Shown here: positions 1 to 10,586 of the stretch, piece by piece
How the letters are laid out: every line of letters begins with the position of its first letter
Numbering within the stretch: position 1 is the stretch's first letter
NCBI GenBank assembly: GCA_963702205.1
Contig: OY969724.1
Coordinates: 2,112,001-2,176,000, forward strand
Direction: 5' to 3'
Origin: an uncultured candidate division Zixibacteria bacterium
GTDB taxonomy: Bacteria; Zixibacteria; MSB-5A5; GN15; PGXB01
DNA: 64,000 nt
Made by a program: the position numbers and the translations under genes
Notes under the pieces: generated by a model
Seen by the model: only the letters and a program-made list of their open reading frames with translations
What the model was told of the DNA's origin: nothing
The model's database searches: none

Positions 1-1
1 C

Positions 2-1390
2 GGTGGTTCCAGCGGCAACAGTTTCCTGAGCCCGAATACCTATGACGGCACGACCGTATGGCACCATCGCCGTATTCAGCAATACACGATGGAAGGTCGT
101 GTTTATCGCCAGATGGGTAACCATGAGATTAAAGCCGGCATGGAAGTGACCAAAGAATACCTCGACAAGCAGGATATTCGCGGTCTGGAAATTCCGTACA
201 CCGGTCGCGATGACGGCGGTGTTTATCCCGGCATCGGGGAACTGCGAGATTTTTATAAATATGAACCTCTGACGGGAACCTTTTACGCTCGCGACAATCT
301 GGAATACGGTTCGATGATTGCCTCGCTCGGGTTCCGTTACGATTACTTTATCCAGACAGCCGGTTTGGAGCAGGTGGCCAAGGAAGATGACCTTGGTTCC
401 GGGATTATTTACGGCGACCGTACACGATTTTCACCTCGTATAGGATTTTCATACCCGATTTCGGATAAAGCCAAGATCCACTTCAACTACGGTCACTTCT
501 ACCAGTTGCCGTCGTATTCATTCATGTATGACCGTAACACGGCCTCGGCCTCGGCCAATGACGTGGTCGGTAACTACAATCTCGATTATGTGAAGACTAT
601 TCAGTACTCATTCGGCGTCAAGTATGCCATGTCGGAAGATTATTCGATCGACCTTTCCGGCTATTTTAAAGATGAGTTCGATAAGATCAATTCGGCCAAC
701 GTAAAAATCGGCGGCGGCGCACTTGTCGTGCAGCAGTATGAAAACCGCGATTATGGCAGAAGCCGCGGCTTCGAGGTGACGATTGACAAGCGTGGCGGCC
801 GATTGATTAACGGCGAAATAAATTACACATACGCCTTTGCGTTCGGCAAACAATCGCAGACCCGTACTACCTACTGGCAGGATTTCCAGCTTAGCCGCGA
901 GTCATTGGCTGAAAAACCGCTCGACAACGACATTCGTCACTCACTGAAGTGCGGTATTCAGCTGGTTGTCCCGGAAACGATGAAACCGCGTTTGTTCGGT
1001 TTCAGAATTCCCAACGGATGGACATTTTCGGTCCAGGGCCTGTTTGAAACGGGTAAACCGTTCACGCCGACCGCCGGCTATCCTAACCTGACGACTCAGG
1101 CAGGTGTGGATATCGACGAGAATTCACTGCGACGGCCGTCGACCTTGAATTTCGACGTACGTTTCGAAAAATACTTCCAGCTGTTTGCGCTTAACTGGAG
1201 GGCTATCGTCTGGGTCGACAATCTGTTGAATACCCAAAACGTAGTAGGCGTCTACGGTAACACCGGACGGGCCGATACCAGCCAGAACGATGGCAACGGC
1301 AACGTCACCGGCGGCACGGAATTCGACCGTAATCCCGACCTTTGGCGTTATGGCCGTCAGATAAAATTCGGATTGCAGGTGAGTTTGTGA
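2..1390 (+). CDS. TonB-dependent receptor, C-terminal beta-barrel (5' truncated by window)
   Basis: Frame open from window start. FSPRIGFSYPISDKAKIHFNYGHFYQLP and YGRSRGFEVTIDK barrel motifs; C-terminal strand RQIKFGLQVSL. Confidence 0.85.
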   Translation, partial: GGSSGNSFLSPNTYDGTTVWHHRRIQQYTMEGRVYRQMGNHEIKAGMEVTKEYLDKQDIRGLEIPYTGRDDGGVYPGIGELRDFYKYEPLTGTFYARDNLEYGSMIASLGFRYDYFIQTAGLEQVAKEDDLGSGIIYGDRTRFSPRIGFSYPISDKAKIHFNYGHFYQLPSYSFMYDRNTASASANDVVGNYNLDYVKTIQYSFGVKYAMSEDYSIDLSGYFKDEFDKINSANVKIGGGALVVQQYENRDYGRSRGFEVTIDKRGGRLINGEINYTYAFAFGKQSQTRTTYWQDFQLSRESLAEKPLDNDIRHSLKCGIQLVVPETMKPRLFGFRIPNGWTFSVQGLFETGKPFTPTAGYPNLTTQAGVDIDENSLRRPSTLNFDVRFEKYFQLFALNWRAIVWVDNLLNTQNVVGVYGNTGRADTSQNDGNGNVTGGTEFDRNPDLWRYGRQIKFGLQVSL

Positions 1391-1426
1391 TAAAGTCTGA
1401 AAGAAATAATTTTAGAAAAATGGGAG

Positions 1427-2392
1427 TTGGTGCTGATGAAATTACATAAACGCCAGGGTAGCCTCCTGTTGCTGCTTGCGGTCCTTCTTCTACCGTCACT
1501 GGCTTTTTCCCAGGCCAAGGTCGGAACGACAGGGGTCAATTTCCTGGAACTGGGGGTTTCCGCCCGTGCCATGGGGATGGGCGAAGCCTTTACCGCCGGT
1601 GTTGACGATGCCTCATCGGTATATTATAACCCGGCCGGTCTGGTGTACGTATATGGCCGGGAAGTAATGCTGACGCATATTGATATGCCAGCGGGCATAA
1701 ATTATGAATTCGTCGGTATGGCGGCGCCTCTGGAGGCGGTCGGCGGTATCGTGGGAGTCGGTGTTTATTCACTGAATACCGGCGATATTCCTTATACCGG
1801 CTATGATTATTTTGACGGCGCCGATGGAAACGGAAATATGCAATATTTCTCGGCGGGAGACATTGCCGTATCGGTCAGCTATGGACGGTATCTAACGGAT
1901 AAATTTTCGCTTGGCGTGACGGCCAAATACATCAGGGAAGACCTGTTTACATACTCCGCTACCGGGTGGGCGGCCGACGTCGGAACCGTTTATAATTCGG
2001 GTTATCGTAATTTCAAGATCGCCATGCTGATTTCGAATTTCGGCCCGGATATGAAATTCATCCAGAAGACGTTTCCATTGCCGATCAACTTCAAATTCGG
2101 CGCCTCGATAGATTTTCTGGACATGGAAGATCACCGGGTTATGATCGCGGCCGAGGGTGCTCATCCGTCGGATAACCTGGAAAAATATAACGTAGGTCTG
2201 GAATACCGTTATCTCGACCGGTTTTCCCTTCGCGTCGGAGAGAGATTGAATTATGATTCCGATGGACTCACCGCCGGTGGCGGGCTGTCAATTCCTCTCG
2301 GTGATGAAATGGATCTGACGGTCAATTACGCATACCAGGATTTCGGTTTCCTTGACCAGGTTCATCGGTTTTCATTGGGGATATCGTTCTAA
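1427..2392 (+). CDS. PorV/PorQ-like (UPF0164) outer-membrane protein
   Basis: Signal peptide, FLELGVSARAMGMGEAF and YYNPAGL motifs, C-terminal HRFSLGISF. Confidence 0.85.
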   Translation: MVLMKLHKRQGSLLLLLAVLLLPSLAFSQAKVGTTGVNFLELGVSARAMGMGEAFTAGVDDASSVYYNPAGLVYVYGREVMLTHIDMPAGINYEFVGMAAPLEAVGGIVGVGVYSLNTGDIPYTGYDYFDGADGNGNMQYFSAGDIAVSVSYGRYLTDKFSLGVTAKYIREDLFTYSATGWAADVGTVYNSGYRNFKIAMLISNFGPDMKFIQKTFPLPINFKFGASIDFLDMEDHRVMIAAEGAHPSDNLEKYNVGLEYRYLDRFSLRVGERLNYDSDGLTAGGGLSIPLGDEMDLTVNYAYQDFGFLDQVHRFSLGISF

Positions 2393-2421
2393 TGGAGAAG
2401 AAAAACTATATCGGAGGACCT

Positions 2422-4896
2422 ATGAAGCGCGGCTTTTTAATAATTTGTGCGCTATTGTTAACCATATATAGCCTCGGCACGTGGGGATGTTCGAAAAAAG
2501 TCACGGGTCCTCCCAGAGTAAATCAGGCCCCCTACGTGCAGTTCGTTAACATACCCGTCGGCGGGACGAAGTTTTCCGCCGATACCAGCGTTTATTGGTA
2601 TGGCACCGACGTCGACGGTTTTATTCGCTACTATCGTTATGCCGTAGTGGAAAGTTCGATGGTGGCGCGGCTGGGCGGCGACGACGTTATGCAGTTCGTG
2701 GCGAATTATCCGGATTCCATCGACTGGACGGTTCTCAATGTCACTAAAGATAGCGCGCAGACCAGCGCCCGGATAAAACTTAAGGCCGACTCGCTCGATC
2801 CGGTGAGAACGTTTGTGGCGTCTTATGTATTGCTGCAGGCGATCGACAATCTGGGCGCCGAATCCGAAGTGGCCTACCGTATGTTCCGCAAGAACGACCA
2901 TTTCCCCGAAACCACGATTGGCTATATTAATGTTTTCGATCCTTTCGTGAATGCTCACGATCAATCGGGCGTTATTCAGGGCGTGCCGGTTGCGTGGAGC
3001 GCCAAAGATCCTATCGATTATCCACGTAATCCACCGCCTTTCCAATACCGCTGGCGGTGCTTTGGTCCGTATACAAAACCGGTATATGATTCATTGAGGA
3101 AATATTTGAAGGCGCGGGTATTCGTGGACGCATTCGGGGATTATTATCTCAATGGTGATCACCTCCAAATACTCGATCATATTGATACAACAATCAATAG
3201 TTCCGTGACGCCGCCGGAAACGACATTTACTCCTATTTATAACGAGTTACTGGTCGATACGCTGGGGGCAGGCGATGAAGCTCTCGGAAAATGGAGAAAT
3301 TACTTCATTGGCGCATTTCGCGGACTGGATACGCTTATTTTCTCGCAGGACAGCCTGCTAGCCTTGAAAGAATGGCGAGACCTTCTCGATCCGAATGTAA
3401 GTACGGGTATCCTTGTAAGGGAATCACCGGGATGGACTTATAATCAATCGACAACGCTATTTAACCTTTTTGCTAATCAGCAGGTTGATGCTTCGAGCGA
3501 TACAACAAGAACGGGGTTTTTCCTCTTTGCCTGTCAGGCTCGGGATGATGCCAGTGTTCCCGATAAGGTGCCATCCAGCGCGTTTTTGCAGGTTATTGAG
3601 CCGAAATTCGAAAGAGATTTGTTGATAATAGATGAAACCAGGTACAGTACAAGCTATCCCAAAATAAATTACCCATTTCATCCTCGTAATCCAGTGGCAT
3701 TGTCTCAATTTCCGAATCCTAATCCTTCAAAATTCTGGGTTCGCGATATATATGGCCGTATGGCAAATGCATGGAAGCCGGGATGTTTCGATACGGCGGT
3801 TGTTCTGAATGAAGTCTATGGCCCTGATGGCACTTATTTGGGGTACTCAACGCAGGGTTGCACTCAAGACTATATTGCAAATAAGAATTTGTACACGTCT
3901 TTTCCAGATTCACTCGGGATTCAACCGGTACCGCTTCGCGATGTCTTAAAACATAAGGTGGTTCTCTTTATAAAAGATGGTCTTGGAGATGGATTGAATT
4001 TTAGTGATGATATCGCCAGGAATGTCATTAAAGGGATGAATGCCGGTATGAGCGTTTGGACAATGGCTCGCGGAGCATTTTCCACGCAACCATATGCTGC
4101 TCTCGATTCAGCCTACTTTGAGACTATTCTGCCTGCATACCGAACATATTTTGCCATTGACTCAATGTTTCAACCGGGGTGGCAAGGTATTGTTGCAGAT
4201 TATTACGTAGATAAAGCCCAATTGCTACAAGACCCAACGCAGCTTAAGCTCCCGTATCGTGATACATTATATAGGACGGAGAATTTCATTGGTGGTGATG
4301 CCATCGATGGAAACGCAGTAGGAGTACCGGATGCATATATAGACTCTGCACTATTGCGGACAAGGTATGTGTGGATAGATCCGACACCGCTGCTGCCCCC
4401 CGGTGTTCCCCCGCCGGATTATACTTATTGGCCCTATATTGATACGCTCCCGGCGTTACCAAGCGTGGGAGCGCTTGAACCGATTTTGTTGCCCGGTGTT
4501 CATTCGTTGTATAGGTATAGGTCGCTTTTCTATGCCCGGGTGGAAAATGGGCAGATAGTAGAAGAATATTCGACCCCTCAAATTCCCTGGTATGTCAAAG
4601 ATTGGTCTCGGGTATATGAGGGCAAAATTTGTGCAATAGCCTATGAGACACAAGTTTTTAAAACTTCTCATTTTTGCTTCCCGCTATATACGGTTGACGA
4701 AACTGAGGCCCAACAGGTTTTTAATAAAATGATGGATTGGTTGGAAATTCAGCCCTTCATCCAGACCGGTAATTTCTCAACCAGTAGTCCCGGAAGGGTG
4801 AGCGTAAGCAAACTCAGGTCTATTGAAGAAGAATATGACGAGATGTATCGCAATCACCAATTGTCCGACCAGGTTAATGCGACTGAAAACCGTTAG
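2422..4896 (+). CDS. Large hypothetical lipoprotein
   Basis: GGAGGA RBS before ATG 2422; signal peptide ending GTWGC (lipobox-like); WYGTDVDG repeat-like N-terminal module; no catalytic motif recognised. Confidence 0.7.
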   Translation: MKRGFLIICALLLTIYSLGTWGCSKKVTGPPRVNQAPYVQFVNIPVGGTKFSADTSVYWYGTDVDGFIRYYRYAVVESSMVARLGGDDVMQFVANYPDSIDWTVLNVTKDSAQTSARIKLKADSLDPVRTFVASYVLLQAIDNLGAESEVAYRMFRKNDHFPETTIGYINVFDPFVNAHDQSGVIQGVPVAWSAKDPIDYPRNPPPFQYRWRCFGPYTKPVYDSLRKYLKARVFVDAFGDYYLNGDHLQILDHIDTTINSSVTPPETTFTPIYNELLVDTLGAGDEALGKWRNYFIGAFRGLDTLIFSQDSLLALKEWRDLLDPNVSTGILVRESPGWTYNQSTTLFNLFANQQVDASSDTTRTGFFLFACQARDDASVPDKVPSSAFLQVIEPKFERDLLIIDETRYSTSYPKINYPFHPRNPVALSQFPNPNPSKFWVRDIYGRMANAWKPGCFDTAVVLNEVYGPDGTYLGYSTQGCTQDYIANKNLYTSFPDSLGIQPVPLRDVLKHKVVLFIKDGLGDGLNFSDDIARNVIKGMNAGMSVWTMARGAFSTQPYAALDSAYFETILPAYRTYFAIDSMFQPGWQGIVADYYVDKAQLLQDPTQLKLPYRDTLYRTENFIGGDAIDGNAVGVPDAYIDSALLRTRYVWIDPTPLLPPGVPPPDYTYWPYIDTLPALPSVGALEPILLPGVHSLYRYRSLFYARVENGQIVEEYSTPQIPWYVKDWSRVYEGKICAIAYETQVFKTSHFCFPLYTVDETEAQQVFNKMMDWLEIQPFIQTGNFSTSSPGRVSVSKLRSIEEEYDEMYRNHQLSDQVNATENR

Positions 4897-4916
4897 ATTT
4901 ATTTGATTGATATAAT

Positions 4917-4950
4917 AAAGCCGGAAGAAATTAATCTTCCGGCCTTTTTT
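4917..4950 (+). terminator. Rho-independent terminator
   Basis: GCCGGAAGA-aattaa-TCTTCCGGC followed by a T-run, after the lipoprotein gene. Confidence 0.8.
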
Positions 4951-5029
4951 ATTGGGAAAAGCTACTGGCAATCGCACAAATCGCAGGAATCATAGTAGAT
5001 GTGGTTTGCCAGATACAATATGCCGGCGA

Positions 5030-5117
5030 GGGTGGCCCCTCCGGATTTATTTGGAGGGGTTCTCAGAATAGGTGAAGAATCATTCCCACTCCAAACAAAG
5101 TTTGGGGGTGGCCACCC
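5030..5117. repeat. Inverted pair of REP-like palindromes
   Basis: GGGTGGCC at 5030 and GGCCACCC ending at 5117. Each carries a hairpin (CCCCTCC..GGAGGGG; CCAAAC-aaa-GTTTGG). Confidence 0.55.
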
Positions 5118-5173
5118 AACGCAAATAAAGTCGGGCATTCCTGCGGCAAGCAGTGGGAGACCCTCTCCTCCAT

Positions 5174-7351
5174 TTATTGCATACGCGATTTCAGGATATT
5201 AATCGTCGCATTTTGAGGGAATTTGCGGTCGGCGATATTTAATACATTGCGGGCTTTCTGCATCTCGCCCAGCGAAAGATAACCGCTGATAAGATTGATA
5301 TAGGCCTCGGTCAGACTGGAGTCGATAGCTATCGCTAAATTGCTGTTTGTGACCGATTCCTGAAAATCGCCGGTTTTGCCGAAAACAAAACCGAGTTGAT
5401 AAGCCGCCCGCGCCCTGATCGACGCGGCATCGCGGCCGCCCAGTTTGTTGATGTTGCTGAACGCGGCATCGCTGGTCTCTGACGGTTCCGGCTTGGCCGC
5501 CAAAGCCATCTTTAAATATTTCTCGGCACTTTGATAGTCCTGCTTTTCGGAATATATGATGCCGGCGTCAAGGTATATCCGCCAGGGCTCCGGAACGGCC
5601 CGTTGGGCCTTTATTACCACGGAATGAAGGGCATTTGTATCGTCCATAGCAGCCAGGCTGCGGAGTTTGACAAGGTATGGGTCAGCCAGATAGGGACGGA
5701 GCGAAATAGCCTTGTCGGCCAGGGTTATGGCCGAATCGGGATGATTGTCAAGGTATTGCAGCGACGCCAGGTTCGCCAGCGCGCGGGGATCGTCGGGCTG
5801 CAGTTTATACTCGCGCTCGAAATAGACGCGGGCGGAATCGGTCAGCCCGGCCTTAAGGTACACCGCTCCGAGATTCAGGGCGGCTTCGGGGTAGTCGGGA
5901 TGCACCGCCAGCACCTCGCGGTATGTTTCAGCGGCACTTTGCAAATCTCCGGCGGCGAAATAGGCGTTGGCGCGGTTGAACAGCCCGCTGGAGACGTCCT
6001 GAGCGTTATGGTGATAGAGATTGGTCAGCGACAGCCCGGCTATGAAAACTCCTGACAGGAGGGCAACGACGAATCTCGAAGAGAATCTTTTGGCTTTGAT
6101 ACTTTCGTACAGATATATCGTACCCGCCCCGGCCAGTGTGAAAAGCGCGAAAAGGAAAGGAAGCCGGAAGCGAGCATTTATGAAGTACATCGAGATTATC
6201 AGAATGTACAGAGTCGTATAAAATATCAGAAAACTCTTAAATCGGGATTTCATGCGGCCATCAGTTTTGGCGAACAGCCCGATTGCGGCCAGTCCGATAA
6301 CAAGCCATAAAGATATAGGAATGATCTTCAATAGCCCATTTCGTGAAAACTCCAGCACTATATTGCGATTGTTGGAAATCTCGAAGTTATTGAAGACATA
6401 GTACAACTTTTTGACATACAATTTGACAAAATCGGTTTTGTTGACAAAAATCCATTGCAGACCTTGTTGGTAGAAGTACGACGATACTTCCGAGGGCTTC
6501 ATGGCATGTCCGGTACCCTGCTCGGCGAGATATTGGACGTCTTTCAGCTGCCAGTTGCTGCCCAGCGGAGGGGGGAGGGCCGGTGACAGCCCGTTGGCAT
6601 CTTTATTGTTGCCGATATAAAAATTTATCCCGCCCGATGATGCAATCAATGTCGAATCATGCCCGACCATGATATTTCTAAGTGCGACCGGGAGGATAAC
6701 CAACAGCATCGCCGCGACAATGATTATCGCCTTTAAAGTTCGCTGTCGGGCATTTTGAAGCGTGACGAAATACCAGATAAAATATAGCGGAATAAGAGCC
6801 AATATGACCGGCCTCGTGATTGCGGCCAGGCCGATAAATACCCCCGTCCATAGCGGCCACCGCCAACGGTTGTCTTCAACCGCCCGAAAGACGCACAGAA
6901 TCGACGCCTGCGCGAGCACGATGAACAGCCCCTCGACCAGAAGCTCGCCCTCGAAAAATATCGTAATGGGATACAGCGTTTGAAATAAGGCGGCTATTAT
7001 GGCGGCTTTCGAACCGAATGTGCGTAGCGCAATGCGATAAGTCAGAAATATTGACACCAGGCCGAGTATCTGTCCGAACGCAAAGCCGATGTGCGCCGAC
7101 TTGCCGAGGATGAAATAAACCAGGCCCAGAACGTACGGGTAAAGCGGGGCACGGAAAAAGGCCTCGCTGCCGAGCCAGTCTCCGGACGCAATCGCCACAG
7201 CCCATTTGTGGTGGAACAGGGTATCGACCAGAAGAAAGTCCTCGCCGGCGTACGGATATCTCGTGATAAAGTATATTAGTCTGACGATCACAGCCAGCCC
7301 GAGGATAATAAGCCAGGGCCGCCCGGATAGAAATTGCAGGTTTTTTTTCAT
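5174..7351 (-). CDS. GT-C fold glycosyltransferase (GT39/ArnT/PMT-like) with C-terminal TPR repeats
   Basis: Many TM helices, FFRAPLYPY, EGELLVE, SGGINFYIGNN motifs, then several TPR-like repeats. Confidence 0.8.
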   Translation of the reverse strand: MKKNLQFLSGRPWLIILGLAVIVRLIYFITRYPYAGEDFLLVDTLFHHKWAVAIASGDWLGSEAFFRAPLYPYVLGLVYFILGKSAHIGFAFGQILGLVSIFLTYRIALRTFGSKAAIIAALFQTLYPITIFFEGELLVEGLFIVLAQASILCVFRAVEDNRWRWPLWTGVFIGLAAITRPVILALIPLYFIWYFVTLQNARQRTLKAIIIVAAMLLVILPVALRNIMVGHDSTLIASSGGINFYIGNNKDANGLSPALPPPLGSNWQLKDVQYLAEQGTGHAMKPSEVSSYFYQQGLQWIFVNKTDFVKLYVKKLYYVFNNFEISNNRNIVLEFSRNGLLKIIPISLWLVIGLAAIGLFAKTDGRMKSRFKSFLIFYTTLYILIISMYFINARFRLPFLFALFTLAGAGTIYLYESIKAKRFSSRFVVALLSGVFIAGLSLTNLYHHNAQDVSSGLFNRANAYFAAGDLQSAAETYREVLAVHPDYPEAALNLGAVYLKAGLTDSARVYFEREYKLQPDDPRALANLASLQYLDNHPDSAITLADKAISLRPYLADPYLVKLRSLAAMDDTNALHSVVIKAQRAVPEPWRIYLDAGIIYSEKQDYQSAEKYLKMALAAKPEPSETSDAAFSNINKLGGRDAASIRARAAYQLGFVFGKTGDFQESVTNSNLAIAIDSSLTEAYINLISGYLSLGEMQKARNVLNIADRKFPQNATINILKSRMQ

Positions 7352-7601
7352 ATTCGCTTTAGAAGATATTGTTTAATCGGCTCAATTTCAACCCCCCTTT
7401 TCGTACGCAAGCAAATTCCTATATGCACGCATCCGCAGTGGTGTGAAGAACGCATGCTTGCCGGGTGATATTCCGTGCAATCTTTAAACAGCGACGACAA
7501 TGCATCTTAAGTCATTGCATTATAACAAGTAAGCGTCGCTACGGGCTTGCCGCATTTGCACTATTTTGCACAATATCCTGAATCAAAATGCTCTTCTGAA
7601 T

Positions 7602-7618
7602 GCGGCATATTGGTTGCT
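7602..7618 (+). promoter_or_regulatory. Sigma54 (-24/-12) promoter
   Basis: GGCATATTGGTTGC fits GG-N10-GC, 35 nt before the S8 protease start. TTGCAC repeats at about 7557-7571 and an IHF-like TAAGTCATTG at about 7508 lie upstream. Confidence 0.65.
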
Positions 7619-7652
7619 CGAACAGGTATTGGTTTTATTTGAGGAGGAATAG

Positions 7653-10562
7653 ATGAACAAGATAAATTCGCACTTTTGCCGGGCCTTTCTTCTGGGCCTC
7701 ATAATTTTTGTCGTATCCGGGTCGGCTTCGGCCGAGCTTTCTCCCTCGATTGAAAACGCTCTGAACCGGATGACGGCGTCGAGCGCCGATTCCTTAGTTT
7801 CAGTCATAGTTTTCGCCAATGACGACAATCTTAGAAGCGATGTTTCAAGAATTTCCGCCGCCCCTGACCGGACGCTGCGCGCCCGGCATCAGGCCGTTAT
7901 AGAAAAACTCAACCGGCCCAACAACAATCTGGACCGGATATATAATTATTTTTTGTCGGTACCGTCGGCCCGCGTCGTTCGCAAGTTCTGGATTTCCCCG
8001 GCTATGGAAGTCGAACTGCCCCTGTCGGCCGTGTCTGATATCGAAAATCTCGCCGGTGTCAAAGGTGTTATAGATAATGCCACTCTCGAATATATCGACC
8101 CGGTCGAAAGCAATCCCGCGCAGCTGACCAGCGGCGCCGTCTCCAGCCATCTCGAAGCGTTGAACGTCCCGGCGCTGTGGCGTCGTGGTTTGACCGGCGG
8201 CGGTCGGCTGGTATGCAGTTTCGATACCGGCGTGCAGAGTGATCATCCGGCGCTGCAATCCAAATGGCGTGGCAATCACGCCTCATCGAGCGCCTGCTGG
8301 TTCGGTCCCGTAGCGGGCACCGAGACTCCGATCGATCGCTCCGGACACGGGACGCACACGATGGGTATCATGGTTGGCAGCACTCCGACCGATTCATTCG
8401 GTGTTGCCCCGTCGGCGGAATGGATCAGCGCGGCCGTGGTTGATCAGGGCCTGAGTTTTTCGGCAACCATAGCCGATATTCTGAGCGCCTTCCAGTGGGC
8501 GGTCGATCCCGATGGCGACCCGTCGACCGTCGACGATATGCCCGATGTCATCCTCAACAGCTGGGGTGTTCCTCAGAGCATATATGCTCCCTGCGATCAG
8601 ACTTTTTCAGATGCCATTAACAACGTCGAAGCCGCCGGAATCATCGTCGTCTTTTCAGCGGGCAACGAAGGTCCCGACCCGATGAGCCTGCGCCTTCCCG
8701 CCGATAACGCCTCGACCCCGATCAATACGTTTTCGGTCGGCGCTATAAATACCGCCACCTTGACCGTGGCCGATTTCTCCAGCCGTGGTCCCTCGGCCTG
8801 CGACCAGACCTCCAAAAAGCCGGAAGTTGTCGCTCCCGGTATCGGAATCGTGTCGTCGTACAAGGACAGTACTTATCGTTCGATGAACGGCACGTCGATG
8901 GCCGCTCCGTTTATTGCCGGTTTGGCGGCCCTTTTAAGACAGTACAATCCCGACGCGACCGTGGCGGAAGTTAAGAACGCCATCATTCAGTCGTGCCGCG
9001 ATCTGGGAACGCCCGGCGAAGACAACGATTATGGATATGGACTGCCCGACGCCGAAGCCGCTATCAGTTATATGCCGGTGCCGAGCCTGCCTCCGGTTTA
9101 TGTGGACAATCATGTCTTGGGCGGTGATGGAACCGCTCAGCCCGGCGATACCGCCCAGCTTTTTATTCGCCTGTCCGACCCGACCGCCCGTGTGGATTCC
9201 GTTACGGTGCGAATAGAGTGTACCGATCCGGCGATCAATATCCTGAACGATGAAGCCGTGTTTATCTTCCCCGGCAATATCAATATGGCCATGAATATCG
9301 AACCGTTCGTATTTCACGTCGATCCCGGAGTGGTGCAGGGTCATAAGTTTACCCTGGACCTGATCGTATCGCTGCCGTTCGGGGTCGAGTACGATACCCT
9401 GCATCTTGACCTGACGGCCGGTTACCCGCCCAAAGGAAGTATCGTGACACATACCACGCCGCGCCTTCAATTTTCGGTTTCTGATTTCGGACAAAACGGC
9501 CTCGGTCCCAATTCCGCCTATTACGCCGGTGGTGAAGGTTTCCGGTTCGACGGTTCCGATAATTTGCTCTATGAATCCGGCATAATTGTCGGTCGCAACG
9601 CCCTTCAGTTGGCCTCGTCGGTCCGCGACAGTCTCGGTCATGCGTACCATTCGGATTTTGCGCCCGTACAGGCTCTCACGACCGCTTATCCTGATGCCGA
9701 CGGGGGTTTTAAAAGCAGCGCCTCATACACCGACGCCAATTCTGATATTGCGGTCCCGATCGAAGTTCATCAGTTTGTTTCCACATACGATCAAACCGGC
9801 AACGATGGTTTTGTCATAATGCGCTATTTCCTGAAAAATATCTCGGCTGAAACACTGACCAATCTTGATTTCGGCTTCATGACCGATTTTGATCTTGGTC
9901 CCGACGGTGAATCGATGGACGTTTACGGTGGTGACAATATGCTTTACTGCCAGGGCAACGGCTATTATGTCGGCGTTCTGCCGGTCGGTCCGGCGACCGG
10001 TGTGTCGGTCATTGAAAACGCCGGCGGCAAAATCGGGCTGGCCGATCCCACGCTGTATGATCTTGTCAGCGCCTCCGGATTCAGCGGGGCAACCGGTGAC
10101 GCCGGTGATTATATGAGCTGTTTGTCGTTCGGACCGTACAGGATCGACCCCGGCGATTCGGTCGAAGTGGCGCTGATACTGGCGGCCGGGCACGATATCT
10201 CGGAGTTGTATACCTCGGCTCATCAGGGGATGAATCGCTATTATGGCGTTACCGCGGTCGAAGACCATCTCGACAATCTTCCGAATCAATTCTCACTGCA
10301 CCAGAACTTTCCCAATCCGTTCAATCCGACTACGACGATCTCGTTTAAACTGGCCCGCTCCGGCAATGTCAGACTCGATGTCATCAATATGCTGGGACAG
10401 GTCGTGACGACGCTCCACGACGGCGTTGCCGCCCGTGGTATTAATTCGGTGGTCTGGGACGGAACCGATGGCGGCGGACATCAGGTTGCTTCCGGCGTCT
10501 ATTTCTATCGCATTACCACCGACGGCGGTGTGCAGACCAAAAAGATGATGATGCTGAAATAG
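7653..10562 (+). CDS. Secreted S8 (subtilisin-like) serine protease with T9SS type A/FlgD-like C-terminal domain
   Basis: Catalytic motifs FDTG, HGTHTMG, GTSMAAP; signal peptide; tail QNFPNPFNPTT...TKKMMMLK. Confidence 0.92.
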   Translation: MNKINSHFCRAFLLGLIIFVVSGSASAELSPSIENALNRMTASSADSLVSVIVFANDDNLRSDVSRISAAPDRTLRARHQAVIEKLNRPNNNLDRIYNYFLSVPSARVVRKFWISPAMEVELPLSAVSDIENLAGVKGVIDNATLEYIDPVESNPAQLTSGAVSSHLEALNVPALWRRGLTGGGRLVCSFDTGVQSDHPALQSKWRGNHASSSACWFGPVAGTETPIDRSGHGTHTMGIMVGSTPTDSFGVAPSAEWISAAVVDQGLSFSATIADILSAFQWAVDPDGDPSTVDDMPDVILNSWGVPQSIYAPCDQTFSDAINNVEAAGIIVVFSAGNEGPDPMSLRLPADNASTPINTFSVGAINTATLTVADFSSRGPSACDQTSKKPEVVAPGIGIVSSYKDSTYRSMNGTSMAAPFIAGLAALLRQYNPDATVAEVKNAIIQSCRDLGTPGEDNDYGYGLPDAEAAISYMPVPSLPPVYVDNHVLGGDGTAQPGDTAQLFIRLSDPTARVDSVTVRIECTDPAINILNDEAVFIFPGNINMAMNIEPFVFHVDPGVVQGHKFTLDLIVSLPFGVEYDTLHLDLTAGYPPKGSIVTHTTPRLQFSVSDFGQNGLGPNSAYYAGGEGFRFDGSDNLLYESGIIVGRNALQLASSVRDSLGHAYHSDFAPVQALTTAYPDADGGFKSSASYTDANSDIAVPIEVHQFVSTYDQTGNDGFVIMRYFLKNISAETLTNLDFGFMTDFDLGPDGESMDVYGGDNMLYCQGNGYYVGVLPVGPATGVSVIENAGGKIGLADPTLYDLVSASGFSGATGDAGDYMSCLSFGPYRIDPGDSVEVALILAAGHDISELYTSAHQGMNRYYGVTAVEDHLDNLPNQFSLHQNFPNPFNPTTTISFKLARSGNVRLDVINMLGQVVTTLHDGVAARGINSVVWDGTDGGGHQVASGVYFYRITTDGGVQTKKMMMLK

Positions 10563-10586
10563 CTGCGGCATGAAACAGCGCGTCTC

